From NCBI GenBank assembly GCA_030704615.1, contig CM060733.1:62806001-62870000 (forward strand): 64,000 nucleotides of DNA, read 5' to 3'. How positions within the stretch are numbered: position 1 is the first letter of the stretch; each line of letters starts with the position of its first letter. Below the pieces are notes generated by a model. It saw only the letters and a list, made by a program, of their open reading frames with translations, ran no database searches and was not told the DNA's origin. Below, piece by piece: positions 51,801-62,400 of the stretch. The position numbers and the translations under genes are program-made. The DNA comes from Takakia lepidozioides (lineage: Eukaryota; Plantae; Bryophyta).

Positions 51801-51893
51801 TATGCAGTGACAGATGGACAATTGATTACAGGTCAAAATCCTGCTAGTTCGGCCAAAGTTGCTGAGCTTGTTTTGGAGGTCCTGTCCGAATAG
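48864..51893 (+). CDS. DJ-1/PfpI superfamily protein, single-domain Hsp31-like (putative glyoxalase III). Exons 48864-48940, 49090-49181, 49570-49629, 49959-50036, 50946-51109, 51289-51405, 51795-51893
   Basis: RILIVSTSH..TGVWAEELVAPYY..GGRIPIDPVS, YDAIFLPGGHG, VSAVCHGPAG, VTGFSNSEE..VPFLLED, DGQLITGQNPASS. All junctions GT-AG and in phase; Glu/Cys/His catalytic set present. Confidence 0.93.
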
Positions 51894-52199
51894 GAAAGAT
51901 TACTTTCATATCTGCAGTAGACTGGCATCTGTTCTGCAGTGGCTACAAAGACAAAGATGTATTGATGGTACTTCTTTTCATGAACTCTAAACTGTAGTTA
52001 AACTCTGTGTGCTTTTCACCTTTGTTACTAAACTGTGTAATTAACCTTCTAGCTTCGAAAATAAATTTTTCTCAAAGGTTGAAAATGGAAGTTATTAGGA
52101 TGTAAGGCATACATTGCAAAAATGGCTTTTGAACATGTGGAAGAATATTAATCACTAACGTAGAAATTTGTGTTGATAATTGTTGCAATACAATTTACA

Positions 52200-53440
52200 G
52201 TGACCAATGGTAAGTTTACAACTGCAGCCCTGCTGATCCCTACACATCCACTCCCCACACACCCCCCCCCTGACCCGCTGCTGGCCTTCCTGCTCCTCTC
52301 TCAGGCCCGACAACCCGCCGCGCTTGTTTCTGCTCTTTCGCGCTTCCCAAAATCTCATTTGCTCCTCTCTCCCAGCAGTATTCATTGCCTTATCTCGCTT
52401 CCATCCTCGCGCTGTTGGCATCTGGCAGGTATCTGCTCCCCCCAGCTGGTGTTACTCGTTGCAGCCCCGCCGTCTGCCAACCCGGTGATCACTGCTTCAC
52501 TTCAGCCCCCAAGTCATAATTCTCCCCCTCTCTCGGCCGCCTTCACCCTGACTTCAGCACAGAGTCACATATTTTTTCTCTAATTACACCCTGCTCCCCG
52601 TGTTTTGAAGCACCAGAACTTTAAGATGACCACTATCCCCGAAGTGCTTATAAGGTAATGCTTCACCCTCCTCTGGCTTACTTCCCCCCCGCTGCGTGTT
52701 GGTGTCCTGTCCTGTGAGATCTCTTGCTTTCTCGTTCTATGGCGTCTAGAGGAGCCCCTTCACGCAAGAAAAGATCTGGTCCTGGTTCAAGCTCTAGAGG
52801 GAGAGGAAGTTGGGTTCCCCGAAGCTCAGCATCAACTCCTGTCTCGTCCATTCTTGGAAAGGGTCCCGAGCTAGCAGGTCCTAGACATGGTCCCATGGGT
52901 GGAATCGGTGGCCCCTAATGCAGATTCTCAGGATGTGATCTCACTGGATCTAGAGTGTCTTAGAGCTCACTCTACAAAAATGATGCAACATGGAATACTG
53001 TTGCATTTTCCAGGACGGCCTAGAGACAAAGACGAGGCGAGGAAATGGATCATAGAACACTTAGGGGCTCAAGGGGGGCTCTCGCATCACTTCTGCCACT
53101 CAATGGGGAGGGGATTCTACACTGTCAAATTTGGCACGAAAGAAGAGGCGGACTGTGCCTGGCCTTCAATACCCGCAAGTCCAGATTCAAAGTTCATATC
53201 TTCTCGTGGTCACCTGCATGGGGGCACAAAGAGGGCAACACCTACAAACCAAGAATCATCGCGCTGCCTTTTTTGCCTGACAACTACCTAGCCTCTCTAT
53301 TTCGGTTCATACATTGGGTCATTGAATGTGTTTGATCCCATAGATGATGCAGTACTGAGCGTGGACCAGGACCCTTTACTGTTCGACAGTGGAAAAGACA
53401 GCGGAGTTCCGAAGATTGTTGTCCTAATGCTAGAATCAGG
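52200..53440 (+). mobile_element. LINE 5' region: C-rich 5' UTR and degenerate ORF1 (RRM/DUF4283-like)
   Basis: Basic N-terminus MASRGAPSRKKR.., then W......G......MGRGFYTVKF..EE, frameshifted; ends where the tandem array begins. Confidence 0.6.
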
Positions 53441-53444
53441 TACA

Positions 53445-55470
53445 ATTGGAAATGCCATTGAGATGATTTTGGTTCGCTTTGAGACTTGGCCAGTATGTTC
53501 AATGTACCATGGAAGAGGCCCCAGAGTAATATGAGATCAACCAAAATTCGTTCAATGGGCCGACAGATGGTTGCCCATCCAAATGATTTTCGTTCACTTT
53601 GAGACTTGGCCAGTGTGTTCAATATACCCTCTGATAGGTCCCAGTGTAATATGAGATCAATCGTTAACGATTAATCATGAATCATCCAACATGGGAACTG
53701 TTGGTTCACCCTTTGAACCATTTAACATTGACATCATACTTGTCCAATAACTTTAAGACGGCATGTACAAGACACTCACAAAGTTTCAAATGAATCCAAA
53801 ATCATTTGGCAGGGGAATGATTGGTTCACCCATAGCCAATTTCAGGGGCTGAAATTGTCATTTATGGGGCTCGAATTGCCAATTTCAGGGGCTGGACTTG
53901 CAATTTGAGGGGTTGAAACTGCCATTCCAGGGGCTTCAATTGCCAATTTCAGGGGCTGTACTAGCAATTGCCATTTCACAAGCTACAGTTGCAATTGAGG
54001 GGCGGGAATTGTCATTTCAGGGGCTAGAAGTGCAATTTGAGGGGTTGGAATTGACAATTTCAAGGGCTCAAACTACAATTTGAGGGGCAGCCGGGGTTGG
54101 TCATTTTAGGGACTGACATTTCCAATTTGAAGGGCTTGAATTGCATTTTGAATTGTAATTCAAGGGTTACAATGGGCCATTGGGGGGCTAGAATTACCAA
54201 AACAATGACATCCAAAGTAATATAAAATCATTTGATAGCGGAATGATTGGTTCACCCTTTCAACCATTTTTTATTCACGTCATACTTGTCCGGTACTTGT
54301 AGGAGGGCATATGGCGGACACTTGCAAAGCTTCAAAGCAATGTAAAATCATTTGATAGGGGAACAATTGGTTCACCCTTTCAACCATATTTTACTGACCT
54401 CATACTTGTCCGGTACCTTTAAAATGGCATGTAAAAGACACTAGCAAAGCTTTAAAGCACTCCAAAATCATTTGATATGTTCATGATTGATTCACCCTTT
54501 CAACCATTTTAGATTGATTTGAAACTTGTGAAAGACCTGTAAGAGGGCATGTACAAGACACTTGCAAAGTTTCAAATCAATTTAAAATCATTTGGTAGGG
54601 GGACGATTGGTTCACCCTTTAAACCATTTTAGATTGATGTCATACTTCTCAAAGACGTGTAAGAGGGCATGTAGAAGACACTTGCAAAGTTTAGGAGCAA
54701 TAAAATGTCATTTCATCGGGGAAGTTTCCGTTCACCCTTTCATCCAATTTTGAATTGAACTGGATTTTTACTAAATAAAATGATTTAGAGGGCATAGGAT
54801 TGTGGGGCGCAGTGAGTGTAGGGCGCAATGATTTTGTTTTTGGCTTGATTTTGTTCTGTGAGTTGAACCCTACACCACCACATCCTTGCCAAAAAATGTA
54901 CCAAAGAAAAATGTTTGGAAAAAAATGTTCATCCTTTGCTCTATGCTCACTATTGCAGAACTCTCTATGAAGAGTGCATGAAGTTGAAGATAACTTCACC
55001 TTGGAGTGCAAATGAGGGAATAAAATGTGTTTTGGATGCAGACGATGTCTGTTCATGGTGATATTTTGCATGCAACTCTTCATGTTGTTATCAAGCATAT
55101 GGCTTCAGAATGGAATTAAAAACAATTCATGTACAGGCGAAAGGTTGTTTCTCCTTATGTTTGAATAACCGATTCAAACAACTTTGTTGAGGTTCAACTT
55201 TGGTCCATATGTGCTTAAGTACGTACAAATCACGTACACAAAGTTGCAAGCGAAGAAATAATCATTTGCCCCCCGAATGACTCGTTAAACCTTTCAACCA
55301 ATTTTCAATCATGAATCATTTAATATGGGAACTATTGGTTCACCCTTATAACCATTTTAGATTGACCTCATACTTGTCCAGTAACTTAAAGAGGGCATGT
55401 ACAACACACTCCCAAAGTTTCAAATCAATCTAAAATCATTTGGCAGGGGATTGATTGGTTCACCCATTGA
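53445..55470. repeat. Second ~120-bp tandem array with an orientation switch, and a nested ~21-bp CAATTT(C/G)AGGGGCT array at ~53835-54190
   Basis: Unit TTGGTTCACCCTTT.AACCATTT...CATACTTGTCC...GAGGGCATGTACAAGACACTTGCAAAGTTTCAAA...AAAATCATTTG recurs at ~120-bp spacing (54250, 54370, 54490, 54610, 54730). Confidence 0.9.
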
Positions 55471-55633
55471 CCCGGTGTACACTGTCACTCTTCAAGATTC
55501 ATGGGTGTGCTTGATTATCCCATATGATGGACCCAGGTGCCATGGCCAAGTAACAAACCATTAAAACATTATGGTACGAGACAAAACACAATTGAAAACA
55601 ACATTTATTCAAACATGATGTACAGTCAGAGGT

Positions 55634-56117
55634 CTACAAGTTTCTATCCATCCTCCAGCAATTTTTGGGCTCAGGCCAATTGAATAGCCCCGTCATGAAA
55701 TGCTTCACAACATTTTCCAGTTTGTACTGCAACTCTACTGTGTCTACACACAAGTTTTCCAGAGCGGAAGCAAAACATGTTCCAGTAGACATATCGTTGA
55801 ACAGGCTTGCATCGAACGTGTTACCCCCATCTATTGCCTGGGCTATCTTCCCAATTGCAAAGGTCTCTGATGGCACGGTTAGAGGGGGCCTACGAGGTGT
55901 GCCATCTGACTGGTTGTTGGCTACATTATGAACAATTGCAATTTCAGGTGCAATCCACCATCTATGTGCGAGAGTCTTTATCATCTTGTCTCTGCTCTAA
56001 AAAATGTACAACGTGGTTTTTGGGTCATCCGTCGTGGAGGCCATCCCCCAATCGTATACCCCGATGTACACATCTTCAGACCCTTGTGGAAAATGCAACA
56101 AGATGTTGTCGGGGACG
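55634..56117 (-). pseudogene. Protein kinase C-lobe fragment (subdomains VIb-IX), cut by an LTR; one in-frame TAG
   Basis: Manual translation VPDNILLHFPQGSEDVYIGVYDWGMAS...F*SRDKMIKTLAHRWWIAPE...SETFAIG gives the NILL loop end, DWG (DFG equivalent), APE and a subdomain IX-like motif. Confidence 0.75.
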
Positions 56118-57131
56118 TGTCGCGCGGCTTTTACTCACCCATCCCTTTGCTATCCGAGGCGGAAACTCCAAGATAGAAGAGTTGGAAATCTCTAAGTACT
56201 CAGCCCGCTCAGAACAATCAGTCATGACCTACAGCTAGTGTATCATGGGGGTGTTTCCTATTTGTTTTCCTTTCCGCATTCATGTTAGCTACCTTACTAT
56301 TGATAATTAAGTATCAGTTTGCTTCATCAATCTATCGGATTCCATCAACTCATCCATTCATTCCACAGCTTCATTCAGATCTCTCTACACAATGTGATTG
56401 TATCGTATAAGTATCAAATTATGATTTATCAGGTATCAGGCCGAAGCCATTGTGTCTCTAATCTGCTCTACAATATCACTACAGCTTTGCATATAACAAG
56501 CATCTATTAATCATCTCTCCTTCACCGTGCTCTCCATCTTTGCTCCGTTCTTGCTCTCCGCCCGATCCCCTTTCATGCATGACCAAGAAGTGCTCCCGTG
56601 AAGTGATCCCCCTTCAGTCCTTGCTCCCGTTTTATCTTCCTACCCGTTGTTCTAACCGCTTCCTTCACTAACCGTCGTCCGTGAACTAACATGTTCCCTT
56701 TGCAGGTGTTGTTCCCCAAGTCGTTCCTGTCCTGCTATCCTTTCCCTATGGTCGTGACAGCTGTGTCAAGCTGTGACTGGCTGTGGGAAACTGTGACGGG
56801 TTGTGACCGGATGTGTGTCGGCTGGATGTGGGGAGCTGTGATGTTGTGGTGTGTGTCGGTGGGATGTTGTGACTGGGCGGGGATTGTGTGGGTGGATGGT
56901 AATGGGGTGTGTCGGGCTGTGCGAGCTATGACGGGATTTGTGGCTGTGTTGTGCTGTTGGCGTGACTTGCTGTATTGGCTGTGGACTGGCTGTGTTGGCT
57001 GTGACGGGCTGTGTAACCCCCTTCTAAAGTGCGCTGCTGTCACCCTAAGGCTCTGTTGGTCTCAGTCTGTGCAAAAATAAGGGTACCCTAAGATCCCGTA
57101 AAGTGTCTAAGTCCCAGACAGTCCTCTAACA
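56118..57131 (-). repeat. 3' LTR of Ty3/gypsy family A, copy 3
   Basis: Reverse complement matches both termini of 3940-4888; preceded on the minus strand by polypurine tract AAAGGGGAAGGGGTAAT (57132-57148). Confidence 0.9.
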
Positions 57132-58040
57132 ATTACCCCTTCCCCTTTCAAAAAGCCGTCGGTCCTCACGGTTTACTGATGCGATTAGCAAACCTTTGTG
57201 AGTGAGCACCTTTCTGACGTTGTGAGAGTTTAGTGGCGGACTGTGTGTACGAGCCCGAGGTCTGTCACTGGTTGACGGAGTGATTGAACACTACCCGGAT
57301 AAGTGATTCCCTCTGGAGGTGATATCGAGGTAGTAACCTTTCAGGCATAGGAGACCCCGTCGCTTTCCTCTGCCATCTGGATTGCATAGGTCTTCTCCCA
57401 TGTCAAAAAAGAATCCGCTGAAAGAAACAGTTGTATCAGAATACTCATCGCCTCTCAGGTGTTGTAATGTCGAACTTTTGTGGAATCCTCTAGGGCATAC
57501 AATGTTGTACCTACCATGTCTGGAAGTTTATATTTTAAAACTTGCTGTAAACGCTGAACGGCAAAATTGGTGAAGACCCTGAGCTCCTTGTCTGTCCAAG
57601 TGAGTGGGGTACCAATGACTTGTGAATTGTGCAAGTATTTCCATGCCACATGTCCCTTATAGAAAATATCATCAATGCCGAATTTCTGTGTTGACAAATT
57701 GTTCTAGGCCGCATGAAACCATGAACGAATTTGAGAATCCTGAGAGGGATGGCTGAGTAAGCGGTGCTTACCAAAGAGGAGCCACCATGAGCTGAGGGGG
57801 ATGTAGTGGAGGCGAGGAGGTGGGGTTTTTTGACGAACTGGCGTTAGGCTGGAAACCCCCTGCTGACTCATTGTGAGGGCTTGGCGATGGTGTTGGAGAT
57901 GGAGCTGGAGCTGGAATGGAGCTGGCGGAATACCGAGGATAGCCTCCGTCAGGGTGAAGCCAGCGATGAGCGTCTTCCTGCTCCATTCATAACCTCCCGA
58001 GGAGGGGAAACTGCCTGAGGGCTGCACCTCCACTGTATTC
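57132..58040 (-). mobile_element. 3' internal region of gypsy family A copy 3 (PPT and probable C-terminal part of the extra ORF), truncated
   Basis: Abuts the PPT and LTR; broken minus-strand ORFs 57455-57697 and 57704-58033. Confidence 0.6.
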
Positions 58041-58064
58041 TCTGTGAGATTATAACATTAGCCA

Positions 58065-58138
58065 ACAGTCAGTAGCTCAGATGGTTAAGTGCACTGAGTG
58101 CTACCCAGATGATTCTGGGGCAAATCTTGCTGCCTGTC
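58065..58138 (+). pseudogene. Degenerate tRNA-like sequence (tRNA pseudogene or SINE head)
   Basis: A-box-like TAGCTCAGATGGTTAAG; ends ACAGTCAG and CTGCCTGT pair with one mismatch; degraded B-box GGGGCAAATC; ~74 nt. Confidence 0.4.
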
Positions 58139-59417
58139 TAGTGGTCCAAGAAAATAGATTCTTACTAGCTTTTCCTCCACCCAAGCACTTCCATTTGAAA
58201 GCGACCAGCACATGAACTGTGGAGGCGGAATCAAACTCAGTGGAGTTGTCCCAGAATGCAAAGTGAGAGTTTTTCCCACCGAACAGCCTGGACGAACTGA
58301 GTGGACCTTGGTGTCATGGATAGCATGAACTCAAAGGGTTGTTCCGCCCGAAGAGGGTGCCCCACCCACACTTGAGGAAGAGTTCACTGCTTGGAGTCGG
58401 TGTATGTAATTTGGTAATAGGTTTTGTGGTGAGTTGTGATCCATGAGCCTGCCAAGCCCTCCGACCGACTGCTGCTGCTGGTACCAAGTCACCGGTCGTC
58501 CGGGTTCCCAAGTCAGTTCGGACTGGGAACTGGCTCTGCCAAGAAGTTGGCATTTGAGGCGAGAGCCTATACGGCGGTATTCGGCGGTGACGTTTCCGCC
58601 GAGGCCCAAAGCTAGGAACCCCCAACCATCATCCAATGTGTCAATGAGAGCTTCCTGACGCTCTGGCTGCCAGGACGAGAAGGTGGCACACAGCCAGTCG
58701 ATGGAGGAGCTGAAGGGAAAGACAAGAAGAGGGCTCCCGTACAGAGCCTAAAGTCACCCCTGGTTTCGATCCATGATGGAATTCTTCACGGCTGTGAGCA
58801 CGGATTGCAAGAGCATCGGTGGGGGGGGGGGGGGGTGGGGTGGGGGTGTTGAGGGTGGAAAGAGCCTGCGATATGATTCTCCTCGATATTCTAGATGGGG
58901 AGCTGTTGGAGGGCCTGGATGGAAGGGTGCGATCAGGGCCCTGGAGCAATCCGTAGATTATAGGTGTGATTTTTACCACAGCCAAGCTGCGCCTCACTGC
59001 ATTCTTCGGAGTCCATTCACACAGCTTTAGATTAGTAAAAGAGCGCAGGTCCAAGCATCTAGTTGCCAGATTAATGAGGCGTTCATCCTCCGAATCATAG
59101 TAAGGACATAAATAAAAAACTGCTGGAGGGTAATGAGGGGGGGGGCTCCCTGTTCCCGTGGCAGCAGAATGAGACGAGGTTTTGGTGGCGGCGATGAGAC
59201 AAGGGGAGCGAAGCGCCATCCTCTTCGTTTGGCGTTGCGTTCCAACGAGGGAAGCAGGAAGGAAGAGAGGCCGCTGCAGTGCTCGCATCCCGAGAGCGCG
59301 AAGGAGAAAGAGGAACCACCGGGCACTTCTAGTTTCGGATGGGGGTACCCCTGGATTTGGGACTTGAGCCTGAGCTGTGAATTCGGGCTTGTTCCTTCAG
59401 GGACAGTCTGTCTTCAC

Positions 59418-62400
59418 ATGCCCATCTCCATTGCATTCGTAGCAAATAATGCTCAGTGTCTCTTCTTTGATTTGCACAGAAATATAAGCACCATCCAGAG
59501 TTGGCAATTTCAGCTGCCCATCTCCCCTGCCTGGCAGATGTCGAGTTTTGGCTAGCTGGCACCCCCTAGGGAAACTCTTACCCCACCTCTTCTTCCTCTT
59601 TGATAGGAACCCGCTTTCTGATGCATATCTCTACAATTTTGTTTCCTGGTTAGGACTTTTGTGGCTGATTCAAGAGGCGGCATCGCAATCTTAATCTCTC
59701 CGAATCTAGTCAATCAAATTTTTAGCATGGATATCTGGATGACTGGAAGAGCTCAATTTGGCATTATCTCCATTCCTAGTTCTGGATGCAAAATATGACT
59801 TATCAATGTTTATGCTCCAAACGCCATTAATGACAGAATAGCTTCTGGAGGATGGCTTTGCAATCCAAAATTTGAGTTGACCACACAAAGATTAACAAAT
59901 GGATTTTGGTAGGTGATTTCAATATGACTGACAGGGCTCTGGACAGGTTGGAACCTGGCACTTCCTGCCTCACCTCTGAAGAGCTAAATGCATGGGAATC
60001 TCTCTGCCTCTCTGTAGGTTTTATTGACATCTCCACTCCAGGAGATAACGAGCTTAGATTCTCTTGGTCAAATTGTAGAGCTCCACCGGATCTAGTCATG
60101 GCTAGATTAGACCGGATATACTGCACCAGTGGCATCTTGTCTTGGGCCCAGCCAGCCCCTTTAGGTCCGGTGCTCGCAAATTTTGATCATGCAGAGATTA
60201 AAGCTCTTTTCACTGTCCCCGGGTCCAAGCTCAGAGGTAGAGGTTACTTCAAGCTAAATTCTTCATTGCTCAAATCTAAGTCAGCGGTTAAAGAACTGGC
60301 CCAGGTATGGTCCACATCTGGGAATCAGTTCCAATCCGCCACCCTTAGATTTCTTACTAAACTTGAAGCAACGCGGCTTAGATCTCTGGAGCTCTCTAAA
60401 GCTTTTGTTGTGGCCAGCTCTCAAAAAGAAAAGAGCCTGTTCAAATGCCTCCATCTATGCCAGCAGCTCCTAGAGAACAAAGATGAAGGTCCTTGCACCT
60501 TAATGAATTATAATACAGCCAAGTCAAACCTATGGAGCTTTAGGCAGCAGAAAGAAAATGCTATCAGGATTAAGGCTGAAGTGAACTGGTCACTGAATGG
60601 GGAAAAAATGACAAAATACTTCTTTGCTAAAGCTAAACAAAGGCAGATGGCCTCGACCATTGCCTCTCTCTCCTCCCCTGATGGGACTACTTCCTCAGCC
60701 CCAAAGGTGATGGCCTCCATAGTAGAAAAGCACTTTGCATCTCTGTTCTCATAAAGGTCCAGCTCTGCTGAAACAAGACTGGCCTCAGAAGAGATCTTGC
60801 AACACATCCCCTCTCTTCTGTCACAAAAGGAAAAAGAAGATCTATCCTCCCCGCTTTCCAGTGAAGACCTGTCTGAGGCTCTACACTCCCTCCAATCTGG
60901 GAAAATGCCAGGCCTAGATGGCATGCCTGTTGAACTGTTCAAGGCCCTGTGGCAGACTATAGGAGGTGACTTTGTTGAGTTGGTTAAAGACATACATTTG
61001 AAGGGAATTATGCCCTCACAGCTTTCTATAGGTCTCATCACTCTGATCTTCAAAACATGGGACAGAAGCTTGATATCTAATTATCGCCCCATCACTCTCT
61101 TGAACTCGGCCTACAAAATTATTGCCAAGGCCCTGACATTCAGGCTGCAGCCCATCCTCTCCAGAGTTATTAGGCCGGAGCAGTCTGGTTTCTTGACAGG
61201 GAGAATGATTCTTGATAACATCCTTCTAATCAATGAGGTCATGCATAAGGCTAAGTGCTCAGAGCAACCCCCGGCTTTGTTAATGCTTGATTTTGAAAAA
61301 GCTTTTGACAATATTGACTGGGGATTTCTGAATCAAGTCCTCAACAAAATAGGGATGCCACAAGGCTTTAACAGGTGGGTTAATCTCCTGCTCACTTCGG
61401 CATCCAGTAAAGTCACTATGAATGGTGCCATCTCCAAATCCTTCGCTCTCTACAGATCTGTAAGACAAGGATGCCCTCTATCCCCATACCTGTTTCTCAT
61501 AGCGGCTAATGCTCTGGGCCACTACTTTGCGGCAAGGCACGACATTGCAGGCCTAAAAACAGATGATGGAGCCTCAATCAAGGTCTCTATGTATGCAGAT
61601 GACACTACATTGTTTCTCAACAATGAAGACCCAGCCAACATAATGCGCGCCAGAGAAGCCCAGCAATTTTTTTGCAAAGCCTCGGGTCTCAAAATAAATT
61701 GGAACAAGTCGGTTGGTCTGCTTACGGAGCTGCTTGCTACCTCCCGCCTTCAGCACGGACCTAGATGGGGACAGGAAATAGGACTCAAGTGGCTCCAGCC
61801 GGGTTCGGCACATACGCTGTTGGGATTTCAAATTGGAATAGGGCTAACTGACGATCAGCGTTACGAACCCATCTTACAAAGGCTTCGTAACAAGCTGGCA
61901 TTCTGGAGCTCGGCGATGCTGTCAATTGCAGGTAGAGCCTTGGTCCTGAATCAGATCCTGCTTGCATCCATTTGGTATCCGGCCTCAGTCTGGTCCCCAG
62001 GCTCCATGCTCATTGCAAAAATCAAGACCATGATGAGGAATTTTCTATGGGGTGCCTTCCCTCAACACCCCTCGAAGTGAGCCCTAGTCTCATGGGCTCA
62101 GCTCTGTAGGCCTCGCAAAGAAGGAGGGCTGGGCTTGCTGGATCCACCTCTGCAAATTACGGCATTACTTGCAAAATGGATCCCTAGGTCGCTCACCAAT
62201 GAAGGCAGCCCTTGGTGTAACTTAGTTCAAGAACACCAAGTTCGATCCTTCCCAGCAAATTCCACAGCATGGGCACCATGTCTCAAGTGGATGATGCATG
62301 GTCATGGGAAGTCGAAAAAGATAGGCTCTGCAGCTTGGATCTCTATATGGGATGCCTGGAGAATAATGCGGCCTCATCTTACCCAGAGAAGAGCCAAATG

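Noticed and set aside
35044-51893. Bacterial contamination or recent operon transfer
   Set aside because: All three genes have multiple in-phase GT-AG introns, and plant-type TE insertions lie within and around them.
56118-57131. Solo LTR, or partner LTR of the element starting at 3940
   Set aside because: It is in the opposite orientation, has a PPT and internal sequence attached, and shows no shared TSD; it is the 3' LTR of a separate copy.
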